Assembly (NCBI GenBank): GCA_963169855.1
Contig: CAUJCN010000002.1
Location: 197,508 to 261,507 of the forward strand
DNA from: Patescibacteria group bacterium
Lineage (GTDB): Bacteria; Patescibacteriota; Dojkabacteria; J137
DNA: 64,000 nucleotides
Direction of reading: 5' to 3'
The notes under the pieces were generated by a model. That model made no database searches. It was not told where the DNA came from and saw only the letters and a program-made list of their open reading frames with translations. Made by a program: the position numbers and the translations under genes. Of the stretch, positions 39,552 to 48,817 are shown in pieces. Each line of letters starts with the position of its first letter. The stretch's first letter is position 1.

Positions 39552-40493
39552 ATGTTAATTAATATTATTTTAGCTTTAGTTAGCCTTGGAGTTTTAGTTT
39601 ACTCTGCAAAACTAGTCGAAGTTGCATTTGTTCATCTAGGAAGAGTTTTTAGAATAAATGAATTCTTCTTAGGATTTGTGGTTCTGGCAGTTGTCACTTC
39701 TCTTCCAGAAATAAGTATTGCTATTTTCTCCAGCGATCATCACCCAGAGATTTCAGTTGGGAATTTGATTGGAGCAACAACCGTTATTCTTACACTTATT
39801 ATTGGGCTCTCAGCAGTTAAGTATGGAAGAGTTCCTTTTGACAAACAGTTTTCTGCAAAAGAGGCACTAGGAGGAGTCTTTATAATTTTATTAGCTGTAA
39901 CAGCACTTATAGACAGAAATTTAGCTATATTTGAAGGAATAATTCTCTTAACTGGTTACTTCACATATGTTGCAATTATAAATCGGAAAATGTGGACTCA
40001 AGGTAGACAGGTTTTCTTTTTGACTCTAGACAATACCTCTATATACAGAAATATGTTCTGGGTTCTACTCGGAATATTCCTGTTGTTATTCTCATCAAGT
40101 CAGATAGTAAGTAATCTGGAAATTATTGTTGAAGGATTTGGAATTTCCGGAACTTTTGTTGGAATGATTCTATTATCTCTAGGAACAAATTTACCTGAAC
40201 TAACTATTTTAATGACTGCGAACGGCAATGATGAGCAGAACTTAGCACTAGGTAACTTCTTTGGTAGTGCATGTATAAATGTTGCGATATTAGGAACGTT
40301 GGCTGTAATGGCAAATGGAGTTCTTGTGACAGATGCAGTTACTCTTTTGATAGGAATATTCTTCTTGGTATTTGCCTTGATCCTCTTTGTCTTCTTCTCT
40401 TTATCAGAAAGATCTTTGGATAAAAAAGAAGGGATTCTACTAGTTGCCGTTTATGTTGCAATGGTAATTAGTCAGATTATTGTTTTGCTTTAG
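39552..40493 (+). CDS. CaCA family Na+/Ca2+ (cation/Ca2+) exchanger
   Basis: Alpha-1 and alpha-2 repeat motifs VVTSLPEISIAIFS and LGTNLPELTILMTA (GTSLPE-type). Confidence 0.7.
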   Translation: MLINIILALVSLGVLVYSAKLVEVAFVHLGRVFRINEFFLGFVVLAVVTSLPEISIAIFSSDHHPEISVGNLIGATTVILTLIIGLSAVKYGRVPFDKQFSAKEALGGVFIILLAVTALIDRNLAIFEGIILLTGYFTYVAIINRKMWTQGRQVFFLTLDNTSIYRNMFWVLLGIFLLLFSSSQIVSNLEIIVEGFGISGTFVGMILLSLGTNLPELTILMTANGNDEQNLALGNFFGSACINVAILGTLAVMANGVLVTDAVTLLIGIFFLVFALILFVFFSLSERSLDKKEGILLVAVYVAMVISQIIVLL

Positions 40494-40529
40494 AGGAAGG
40501 TTTTAACAATATCTTCGATTTTAACTCAT

Positions 40530-40840
40530 ACCGCGTTACTTTAAATAATCTTTTAACCTACTTTTATAACTAAAAGTAGGCAATCCCGTATTAAATACGG
40601 GACCGGGGTAAAATGAGTGAGAATAATATCACTCTTAAGTCAAACTATCAGCACAGCATTTTACCCCCGTCCCCGACATTAAACTTAAGTCGAACAAATA
40701 TGCTATAAGTAAAACTTACACGTTCATGTTCTACGGGGTTTGGGAAGAAATCGGCGAGACTTACACTAAAAAGTTACTCGTTCCGATTTCGCCCCCAAAA
40801 CTTGGGCTCCACCTTTAGTTATAAAGGTGGAAATATCTCA
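40530..40840. other. hairpin-rich GC-elevated non-coding island (candidate structured ncRNA or MITE-like element)
   Basis: Successive long stems: CCTACTTTTA/TAAAAGTAGG, CCCGTAT/ATACGGG, GGGACCGGGGTAAAATG/CATTTTACCCCCGTCCC, GAAATCGGCGAG/CTCGTTCCGATTTC, CCACCTTT/AAAGGTGG; flanking hairpins are near-identical. Confidence 0.35.
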
Positions 40841-40911
40841 ACTACACTTATACCGAAGAAAATGATTAACTCAAAAAAAGATAGGAGGTATGGCTGTATA
40901 AGAAGCTTATT

Positions 40912-42171
40912 TTACTTAAAATTGAAATCCTCAAATTTAATCCTATCCTTCTCTACTCCAAGTTTTATAAGCATATCCCTTAAGGCGTACATCATTACGC
41001 TTGGACCACAAATATAGATTTCTCGTTCTTTGAAATCGGGAATATTATTCTGAATATATTCTGCGTTTATAAATCCTTCTGAATCCGAGAAGTGTGGGAT
41101 TAGTTTGAAATCTTTAGCTTTCGACTTCTCTTGAAGTTCAGATAAGTAAACAGCATCATTATTATTTTTATTTGAATGAACAAATACAAGATCTAATACA
41201 TCTGAATCATTAACCATCGACAAAAATGGAGTGGTTCCAATTCCGCCTGAAATCCATAATTGTTTACGCTCCGTTTTATCTACAGTAAAGTAACCGTGTG
41301 GACCAACAATCTTCACTAAATCGCCTACTCTCGCCCTATCTAATGTTGAGGTGTAATCTCCAAGTGATTTTGCCGATATACGGATTATTTCATCGTGGGG
41401 ATCGGAAGAAATTGAAAATGGATGAGCTTCCTTAGAAATAAGATTGGAATCGAGGAATTTTATGAATACAAATTGTCCAGCTTTGAATAACAGCTTCTCT
41501 GCTCTAGGTTTTAGTTGTAACTCGTTAATAATTCCTAGATTTCTTATAGCAGAAATTTCGTAAATATATTTCTTATCAAGATTTCCGTAAATCCATTCTC
41601 TGTAAATAAAAGAGCCTGTTCCTAACACTATAAGTACAAAATTAAACAACCACACTACTCCAAAACTATTTTGAAAGACATGGACTGATGATAAAAACAG
41701 CACTACAATCATAAGCTTGTGGGTATACTTCCAGATATGATAAGGAAGTTTTATAACTAAAGTGAACAGCAGCAAAATGTTTAGAAGATAAAACGCTCCC
41801 ATTCCAGTATTGTAATTGAGTAAACTTCCAGGAATATAGTGCAACTTTAGACTTTCCAAGTTAAACACAGAAGAAGTTGCGAGGAATAAAGGATGAAGAA
41901 AAATGAAAACATACGCATATCTTCCAGACTTTTTATGGGATTTATAGACTTTGTCCAAACCTCCGTAAATCTTTTCCACAAAGCCGAATCTTGATGCATG
42001 GAGAAAACTATTTGCAATAAATGCTATTCCAATAAGTCCTGATAATTTCGCCAAGCCTTTCACTATTGTTACAGGAGGAGATGCATAAGCATCCAGCACC
42101 CAGACAAAAATTGCTAACAGTGGAAGAATCCAAAAAAAGATTTTATTTAATAATGAAGATTTCAAAAACAT
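40912..42171 (-). CDS. ferric reductase-like transmembrane protein with FAD/NAD(P)-binding domain
   Basis: N-terminal polytopic heme-type membrane domain; HPFSISS (FAD-binding HPF[ST]) and GGIGTTPF (NAD-binding GGxGxxP). Confidence 0.65.
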   Translation of the reverse strand: MFLKSSLLNKIFFWILPLLAIFVWVLDAYASPPVTIVKGLAKLSGLIGIAFIANSFLHASRFGFVEKIYGGLDKVYKSHKKSGRYAYVFIFLHPLFLATSSVFNLESLKLHYIPGSLLNYNTGMGAFYLLNILLLFTLVIKLPYHIWKYTHKLMIVVLFLSSVHVFQNSFGVVWLFNFVLIVLGTGSFIYREWIYGNLDKKYIYEISAIRNLGIINELQLKPRAEKLLFKAGQFVFIKFLDSNLISKEAHPFSISSDPHDEIIRISAKSLGDYTSTLDRARVGDLVKIVGPHGYFTVDKTERKQLWISGGIGTTPFLSMVNDSDVLDLVFVHSNKNNNDAVYLSELQEKSKAKDFKLIPHFSDSEGFINAEYIQNNIPDFKEREIYICGPSVMMYALRDMLIKLGVEKDRIKFEDFNFK

Positions 42172-42300
42172 TTTCTAAGTATAAAGGAAAAAGATTAAAA
42201 GGTCTAAAAATAAAGAGAAAAAGATTAAAAAGCGAAAAGGCGAAAAGAAGAAAAGACTAAAAGACTCAAGGTTCAAGGTTCAAGGTTCAAGGTTCAAGAA
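42172..42300. repeat. intergenic repeat element copy B (inverted orientation; AAAGGCGAAAAG motif + 4.5x CAAGGTT tandem)
   Basis: aaaagcgaaaaggcgaaaag...ctcaaggttcaaggttcaaggttcaaggttcaag; heptad array 42267..42298. Confidence 0.55.
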
Positions 42301-42303
42301 ATC

Positions 42304-42648
42304 CTACTTTAGATTTTTGAGTATAGCAACAAAAATTAATACCAGCTCCTTCGATTCTTTCTCAAATTCTCTAAATTTCGGATCTTGGGTCACCTCTGCA
42401 AGGATATTACACCAGTAAACAGTCTCTGTTGCCTCTTTCTTAGAAATTCTAATTCTCATTTTGAAATCTTGCGTTCCAAGATTTTGATTTGCCTCTATAT
42501 AATTTGATCCAATAGAACCAGAAGATCTTATCAGCTGTCTGAAATCGTCTACGAGCAAGGAGTTGAATTTATATACACGAAGGTGCTTCCTCACATTTAT
42601 AGAAAAACTTGAAGTTCTTTGTATTAGATCAAACTTAGGCATATCCAA
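42304..42648 (-). CDS. four-helix-bundle protein (TIGR02436; formerly '23S rRNA intervening sequence protein')
   Basis: SIGSNYIEANQ and ETVYWCNIL match the SIGANIAEG...E..YWL signature. Confidence 0.7.
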   Translation of the reverse strand: MDMPKFDLIQRTSSFSINVRKHLRVYKFNSLLVDDFRQLIRSSGSIGSNYIEANQNLGTQDFKMRIRISKKEATETVYWCNILAEVTQDPKFREFEKESKELVLIFVAILKNLK

Positions 42649-42740
42649 AGTTTAACTATGACAGTATGAGGAAAACAATGTGTTTGGATACAATAATCAA
42701 TGATTCTTTGAATCTTATAACTTGTATCTTGAAACTTTCT

Positions 42741-45014
42741 TTATATACTTCCTGCAGGTAAGATATCAAGAATGTTAATACCAATAATTCTTAATATTAA
42801 GATACTGAATGTTAAAACGATTAGTCCAGTTACAGTTCGAATTATCAACTCTCTAGCTTTTTTAACATTAGCCTCATTACCTGTCTGATACATGATTCCT
42901 GCGTAAATTAACATAATCAATGCAACACCTCCCATTACTCCGTAAACGATTCTAATCAAACCTGTAATCAATCCCGATGGTGTTGTATCTGTACATCCAA
43001 TCCCTGTCCAGACGCCTCCTTGAGCTCTGCAATTACAACAAAGGTTATAGTTTTCTGAATCGACGCCACCTGCTGAAGCACTCTGACTTGCGGAATTTGC
43101 TCCGCCTAGACATGCGATTGTATCTATAACTGAGCCGTTGCAAAGTGGAACACTTCTGGTACTATCAGTTTGAGAAGGATCGCAAATATTAAGAGTGCTT
43201 GTTGCTGCATCTACATTAATAGGCTCCCCTGGGCTGAAACATCTCTCGCATTTTAGACCAACATTTGCTGGTTGATCAAATACATTAACACCTCCTTGCT
43301 GAATACTTCTTAGAGTATCAGTATTATCTAAGAAACAACCAAAATTGCTGGCACATTTTTTTGGCGCGAGTTTTTGAGGAGCTACTGTAATTGAACCTGA
43401 AGGATAACCAACTCCCATCCCCAATCCAAATTGAGGTTTGATAATATCTGAGCCTACCTCAGTAGTCGCATCTACACTGGGAACGAATTTACCTCCAACT
43501 ACTTTAACACCAATAATCATATTCGCACCTACCATTGCTTTCAATGCCTCATCAAGCGTGTCATAAGCAATTTCATCTGCTTGATTCAATTTGTCAGCAG
43601 AATAAATTATCTGTTTATCACTTGTGTAGCAACCTTTTTGTGATGGATCAACTCCTTCAACTATATAGATACCTGGTGTCACTCCTGAGTTTGGAATCTT
43701 ACAACAAACTCCAGCTTGTAATGCTTCAACAGCACTTTGTTCTGAAGTATTTACAAACTTATACCCGCTAGGACAACACCCAGACACGAATCCAACTGTA
43801 AAATTCAATCTGTTTGGCGCTCTTTGAGGATTCCATCCAACAGGACAATATCTTGGAACTGCAAATAGTCTATCTTGAAATCCAGTTGTGCTTGCAACAC
43901 TTTCTATATTTTGACAAGATGGATTTGGTTCATTGACTTTACAAATCCCAGCATTGTTAAATTCTGAAAAAGCCATCCATCTAACTATTACATCAGAGAA
44001 TGATTGCTTAACACAAATATTGGCGTAATCATTGCCATAAGATAATTCTAAACTTTCTTGAAGTTTGTTTCTAGTAATAGTATCAAAAAGTTGTGAAGAT
44101 ATAGTTCGTTCCAACAAATTATACCCACCTGGGCAGTTCCCATAATTGTTTACACAACTAATACCTGAACCTAGAGTAGTATAATCATATTCACCGCCAG
44201 TAGTGCTGCCGGTTGTCGTCGCGACAGGAATAGTACTCCCAACAGTTAATAGACCCCCTACATTCAAGTTATTTAGTATACCTGATACTTCAGATCTACA
44301 TGACGAAGTATAATCTCCTCCAGCTAGTTTAAAATTCGTAGAAGAAGGTCTGACTGTTCTATTAAATATCAAAGCTGTAGAATTGACAGGATCTGGCTCA
44401 ATGCAAGTTACATTAGTTAAATCACTGTTAAAACAATCTTGAATTTGACCTAGAATAGAAGTAATTGCAGGTTGAAAAACATCGAAACTACCTAATGTTA
44501 AGTCCTCATCAAGTTCCGCAGTAAATCCTGGATGAGAAAGTATAAAATCAGTACCTAGATCCATAGCAAAGAAACCTCCACAAGCAAAATTTGTTAGGTT
44601 TGACTTAATGTTCGATTCATTAATATTATTCGTTTGAATATCATTAGATAAAGCTATCAGATAAGGTTTTAATATTGAATCTCTAAATTGATTTCTAAGT
44701 GGAGAGTCTGTATCAAAAAATATTTGAGCATTTGGATTAAAAGAACCCATATTGTTTTCCAGATATGTATAAAGCAAATTTATCACTTCAAGTTGATTGG
44801 ACTTTAACTGAGCGACAGTACTGCTCGAACCAGAGACATTGATTAACTGTTGTAATGCAGCATCATAGTCAATATTAGCTGCGGCACAAACTACACCTTC
44901 ATCAGGATTAACAGTTTGCTGAACTACTCTAAAAGGATTAAGTGGTGTAATACTTAAAGCTATACTGAAGAAGATTACAACTATACTTTTGATTTTAGTA
45001 AACTTCGAAACCAT
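42741..45014 (-). CDS. large Cys-rich extracellular protein with C-terminal double-TM (VirB2/TrbC-pilin-like) tail
   Basis: 757 aa, signal peptide, >40 Cys, C-terminal GLITGLIRIVYGVMGGVALIMLIYAGIMY...LIVLTFSILILRIIGI hydrophobic hairpin. Confidence 0.45.
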   Translation of the reverse strand: MVSKFTKIKSIVVIFFSIALSITPLNPFRVVQQTVNPDEGVVCAAANIDYDAALQQLINVSGSSSTVAQLKSNQLEVINLLYTYLENNMGSFNPNAQIFFDTDSPLRNQFRDSILKPYLIALSNDIQTNNINESNIKSNLTNFACGGFFAMDLGTDFILSHPGFTAELDEDLTLGSFDVFQPAITSILGQIQDCFNSDLTNVTCIEPDPVNSTALIFNRTVRPSSTNFKLAGGDYTSSCRSEVSGILNNLNVGGLLTVGSTIPVATTTGSTTGGEYDYTTLGSGISCVNNYGNCPGGYNLLERTISSQLFDTITRNKLQESLELSYGNDYANICVKQSFSDVIVRWMAFSEFNNAGICKVNEPNPSCQNIESVASTTGFQDRLFAVPRYCPVGWNPQRAPNRLNFTVGFVSGCCPSGYKFVNTSEQSAVEALQAGVCCKIPNSGVTPGIYIVEGVDPSQKGCYTSDKQIIYSADKLNQADEIAYDTLDEALKAMVGANMIIGVKVVGGKFVPSVDATTEVGSDIIKPQFGLGMGVGYPSGSITVAPQKLAPKKCASNFGCFLDNTDTLRSIQQGGVNVFDQPANVGLKCERCFSPGEPINVDAATSTLNICDPSQTDSTRSVPLCNGSVIDTIACLGGANSASQSASAGGVDSENYNLCCNCRAQGGVWTGIGCTDTTPSGLITGLIRIVYGVMGGVALIMLIYAGIMYQTGNEANVKKARELIIRTVTGLIVLTFSILILRIIGINILDILPAGSI

Positions 45015-45086
45015 ACTAATTAAAGTCTGAAATTGAAAGATTGAAGATCGAATTTTTTGTTTTCGATCTTCTTTCTTCGAGCTTCG

Positions 45087-46190
45087 TTAATTACTCATTA
45101 AACTTTTCTTCTTTCCCTGTTTTTTATTTACCATTCTATTCTTAAAGTAGTAGTATCCTACAATTATTACGGCTGTAATCAAAATAACTTTCCAAGGAAG
45201 TAGCCAGAATGACACAGCATAATCTACTCTTGCATTCTCTCCTGTTGCTTTATCCTTGTAGAATAATTGCAGTGTAGCGTTATATCTTCCAAATCTAATT
45301 TTATTTAAATCTTCCGGGTGAACAGCGAAACTGTAGTCAGTAGTTTTCGTCTGCTCATTGTAAGTTCCATCGAATCTGAATGCTCCATCACTCCAAGTGT
45401 TTACAAATTCTCTTGTTGTTCCGGAAAGAACGGAACCTTTTCCCTCGTTAATGTTTTGAATTAAGTATGTAGGTTTTGCTAAATCCCCTTGATGAACAGT
45501 AATTGATCCTCCAGGAGTTAAGTAAACGTTACCTGTATTTCTTAAAGTTAAAACGAAATTCAAAGGATGCCATTCAAACATTCCTAAAAATGGACCATTC
45601 CCCCATGCATCTTTAACATCGAAGCTACTAACTTCCAAATTGGATTTAATATCTCCAGGAACTGTTACAAAGATTAACGGTCCTAATCTAGAAGCCAATG
45701 CTACTTGGTTTGGACCTGCAGAAGGATTATATTCAGAATCTGAAAGCAATAATGCTGCTGTATATGATCCTGGTTCTGCATCTGCAGGTACAGAAATCTC
45801 GAATCTAACTTCAGCTGTATCTCCTAGTTCAGTAACAGTATAAGATTTATCTAACGGTTTAATCCAATCTTCTAAAGATGTTTTCGGTTTGTTTCTACCT
45901 TTCTCTAGGAAGACCGGTGTTCCAGATTTACCATCAGCAGTAAAGTCCGAAGTGACAGGGAATAAAGTTACAACTAAATCTGCTTCAGGATAATCATGTC
46001 TTAGCTCAAAAGAATCAGAAATTGTTCTACCCTTTTCAACTGTGTATTCCAAAACTGTTGCGTTAATAACCGCCCCATAAACTCCTTGACGAGTATCTTC
46101 ATCGACTGCCGTATCTTGTGCCAACACAAAAACCGGTGATCCTACTAAAAATAAAATGAATGAAAAGGAAAGGACTCGAAAATATTTCAT
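45087..46190 (-). CDS. secreted protein with C-terminal membrane anchor
   Basis: Signal peptide (FILFLVGSPVFVLA), C-terminal TM + KKQGKKK. Confidence 0.4.
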   Translation of the reverse strand: MKYFRVLSFSFILFLVGSPVFVLAQDTAVDEDTRQGVYGAVINATVLEYTVEKGRTISDSFELRHDYPEADLVVTLFPVTSDFTADGKSGTPVFLEKGRNKPKTSLEDWIKPLDKSYTVTELGDTAEVRFEISVPADAEPGSYTAALLLSDSEYNPSAGPNQVALASRLGPLIFVTVPGDIKSNLEVSSFDVKDAWGNGPFLGMFEWHPLNFVLTLRNTGNVYLTPGGSITVHQGDLAKPTYLIQNINEGKGSVLSGTTREFVNTWSDGAFRFDGTYNEQTKTTDYSFAVHPEDLNKIRFGRYNATLQLFYKDKATGENARVDYAVSFWLLPWKVILITAVIIVGYYYFKNRMVNKKQGKKKSLMSN

Positions 46191-46372
46191 AGAATGATTA
46201 ATAAACTAAAACAATATCATCTTACAAGAATTCATGATAGTCGACAATACTTTTTAGAGGGAAAGATGAAAATATTTTGAAGAACCTTTAAAACAAAAAC
46301 ATAGAATTAAGAACCCTCCTTCGCTCTTTCGAGCTTAGGAGGGTGGGGAATCTTTAAGTTAGTTTGCTAAGC

Positions 46373-47524
46373 TTAGAAAGAAGCTGTAACAGTGTAAGTT
46401 ACTACGTGTGAGTAAGCACCTACTTCCTGAGCAGCATCGATTCTAACTCCGTGTTCCACTAATGTAGTGTTAACTAAGTCAGTACCTGCAGGTGAAACTG
46501 GACCAGCATTAGAAACAATGTCATCAGCAGTGTTATCTGTGATTACATAGTAGTCTGTTGGAGTAGCTCCAAAGTCGCCTCCTCTAGTATGACCAGCAGC
46601 AGGTGTTAATCTAACACCGTATCCTGATGCAGCAGTTAAATCGTCTCCAGCACCAGCAACATCTGGGATACTAACAGTAGCAGTCTTTGCTAATCTGTCT
46701 TGAGTAACTCCAGCTGTGTCTGCAGAACTTGAAACATAGTTAATTGTATATCCAGATCCAGCATTTGTAGCAACCTTTAATCTATATTGACATCCGTTTA
46801 CTCCTGTACCAGGGTTTGGTGTAGCGGCAAGTTGTAGAATTCCCATATCACAAACTCTGTTTCCAGCAGTTAAACCAGGCGCTAATAAAGCAGTATCAGC
46901 AGCATTCTTCAACACAAATGATAGTGTTGGAGGAACTAAAGCAGTAATGTTAACATCGTTAGCATCTCCAATGTACCAAAGGAAAGCTCCGAAGTCCCCA
47001 GACTGGGTAGTAATTCCAACTGAAGTGTTTCCAGCTTCAACATTAGTATCTAATCTACTTGCTGCAATAATAATTTCGCAAGTACCAGGTACTCCAGTAA
47101 TTCCAGTTAAAGATAAAGTAGGATTAGCAGTGTTGTCCGCAATTGGTGAACCCGCTAGAGTTACAGCACCAGAACAACCGTTTGCTACAGTAATGTCCGC
47201 TGAGGCAAGACCTCCGGCATTATCAACGATAATTCCGTTGTTAGCAGTTAATGGACCTCCAGTAAATGTTATTTGAACAACATCTGTAGGAGCGATAGCA
47301 GTAGTAAAATCAAATGTAATTGTTGGCGTAACGTCAACGTTTACAGCTGAGGATGTAGCAACAATACCAGCTCCAGTAACATCCATGTTTGTTAACGCTG
47401 CTGCGGAAACACCAAAGAAGCCTGAAAAAGGCGCTGCTAATAGAGCAAAAACAGTTAATAGTGCAACTTGTTTTTTCATTCTATTAAAATAAAATAAATA
47501 AAATAATTTAGCATATAACAACAC
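46373..47524 (-). CDS. Thr/Ala/Gly-rich secreted surface protein
   Basis: Signal peptide; low-complexity T/A/G/V-rich beta-type sequence; locally high GC driven by composition. Confidence 0.4.
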   Translation of the reverse strand: MLLYAKLFYLFYFNRMKKQVALLTVFALLAAPFSGFFGVSAAALTNMDVTGAGIVATSSAVNVDVTPTITFDFTTAIAPTDVVQITFTGGPLTANNGIIVDNAGGLASADITVANGCSGAVTLAGSPIADNTANPTLSLTGITGVPGTCEIIIAASRLDTNVEAGNTSVGITTQSGDFGAFLWYIGDANDVNITALVPPTLSFVLKNAADTALLAPGLTAGNRVCDMGILQLAATPNPGTGVNGCQYRLKVATNAGSGYTINYVSSSADTAGVTQDRLAKTATVSIPDVAGAGDDLTAASGYGVRLTPAAGHTRGGDFGATPTDYYVITDNTADDIVSNAGPVSPAGTDLVNTTLVEHGVRIDAAQEVGAYSHVVTYTVTASF

Positions 47525-47726
47525 CTATCTTAAGATAACCCCATGCATCTCAGTAATAGTTGTGTAATAGCATTACCCTAACAGTAAAACATTTATCGAA
47601 AGTGATGTCAAGGGCCTTGGAAGCACTCAATCTGCAAAGCAGGATCTCGATCGAGAAATGAAAACACTCATTCTGAGTAAATTTGTTGATTGATTTTCTT
47701 GTAACTTTTTAGTGGAATTTGGAGTA

Positions 47727-48614
47727 TTAAGCTTGATGTTCAGCTTCTACTTTTTTGTATCTTGATTTTGCTTGGCAATCTTCTGAGCAACCGCCTTCAA
47801 ATTTTGCTTCGCATTCTTCGCAACAAATAAATTGCTTGTTGCACTTTGCATTGCAACAGTTAATGTATCTTGCAATTTTTTTCTTACAATGTTCACATTC
47901 AGAAATAACTTCTGGGTTTACTGAGTTAACAGGTACGTGAATTCTTGAATCAAAAACATAGCAAGTTCCTTCGAAATCTTTTCCTCCTGTTTCTTCGCCG
48001 TATCTAACGATACCTCCGTGAAGCTGTCTTACGTTCTTAAATCCTTTTTCAACCAAATATGCAGAGGCTTTTTCGCATCTGATTCCGCCTGTACAGTAAG
48101 TAACAATTGTCTTATCTTTTAAATCTTCAATTGAATCTACAAACTCAGACCATTCCCTAAAGTTATCGATATCTGGTGCAATTGCATTTTTAAACTTACC
48201 AATCTTAGATTCGTAGTTATTTCTGGCATCGATAAGAATAATTTCATCACCTTTTTCTTCCAACTCTTTTTTTAAATCTTTTGGTTCGATATATGGAGCT
48301 TTGTTCTTTACAGAAACTTTTGTTCTTAAAGATACAATTTCGTCTCTAACCACAACTCTTAATTTTGGAAATGGATCTTCTTCTGTATAACTGATTTTCC
48401 ATTCAATATCGCTAAATTCGGGATATTTCTGAGTAGCTTCCATATACTCATTTATAGACTCTTCACTTCCACCTACAGTGCCGTTTAATCCTTCGTCTCC
48501 AATAAGAATCCTACCCTTTAATCCGAGTCTTGCACACAAGTTGTACTGTTCGTCCCTGAATTTCTTAGGGTCTGCCAGTTCAATATATTTGTAGTATAAA
48601 AGGACTTTAAACAT
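47727..48614 (-). CDS. trhO: rhodanese-domain tRNA uridine(34) hydroxylase TrhO (YceA/UPF0176) with Cys-rich C-terminal extension
   Basis: MFKVLLYYKYIELADPKKFRDEQYNLCARLGLKGRILIGDEGLNGTVGG N-terminus; rhodanese active-site CTGGIRCE; C-terminal CxxC-rich tail. Confidence 0.7.
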   Translation of the reverse strand: MFKVLLYYKYIELADPKKFRDEQYNLCARLGLKGRILIGDEGLNGTVGGSEESINEYMEATQKYPEFSDIEWKISYTEEDPFPKLRVVVRDEIVSLRTKVSVKNKAPYIEPKDLKKELEEKGDEIILIDARNNYESKIGKFKNAIAPDIDNFREWSEFVDSIEDLKDKTIVTYCTGGIRCEKASAYLVEKGFKNVRQLHGGIVRYGEETGGKDFEGTCYVFDSRIHVPVNSVNPEVISECEHCKKKIARYINCCNAKCNKQFICCEECEAKFEGGCSEDCQAKSRYKKVEAEHQA

Positions 48615-48633
48615 AAGTGGGTTAATTATACCA

Positions 48634-48775
48634 TATGGGCTGTGGGTTATGAGCTGTGAGCTTTGGGCTTTTGGCTGTGAGTTTTAAAGACCTTTTACCC
48701 TAGTTATTTGATACTTCAAGATTCAAGATTCAAGATTCAAGATTTAAATATAATCTTTCGCCTTTGACCTTTTTC
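48634..48775. repeat. intergenic repeat element copy C (4 GGGCTGTGAG-like decamers + 4x CAAGATT tandem + TTTCGCCTTT)
   Basis: gggctgtgggttatgagctgtgagctttgggcttttggctgtgag ... caagattcaagattcaagattcaagatt; heptads at 48717..48744. Confidence 0.55.
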
Positions 48776-48817
48776 ACTTATAATAAAGAATACTTAATTT
48801 ACCACTTCAACTTTAAT

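Noticed and set aside
40494-40911. tmRNA or RNase P RNA in the structured intergenic island
   Set aside because: A GGGCUCCACC string resembles a tmRNA 3' end. However there is no tRNA-like T-arm (GGUUCGAAUCC), no matching 5' GGGGC acceptor partner, and no RNase P P4 motif (AGGAAAGUCCGG). Only part of this can be judged by eye, so the region is kept as an unspecified ncRNA/MITE candidate.
40802-42260. Small ORFs 40802..41017 and 42066..42260
   Set aside because: They overlap the structured non-coding island or repeat element copy B and the ends of a longer opposite-strand gene, and their low-complexity Lys-rich translation derives from the repeat.
42267-42298. CRISPR array from the heptad tandem repeats
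   Set aside because: Repeat unit is only 7 nt with no spacers. It is a microsatellite-like tandem inside a larger repeat element, not a CRISPR.
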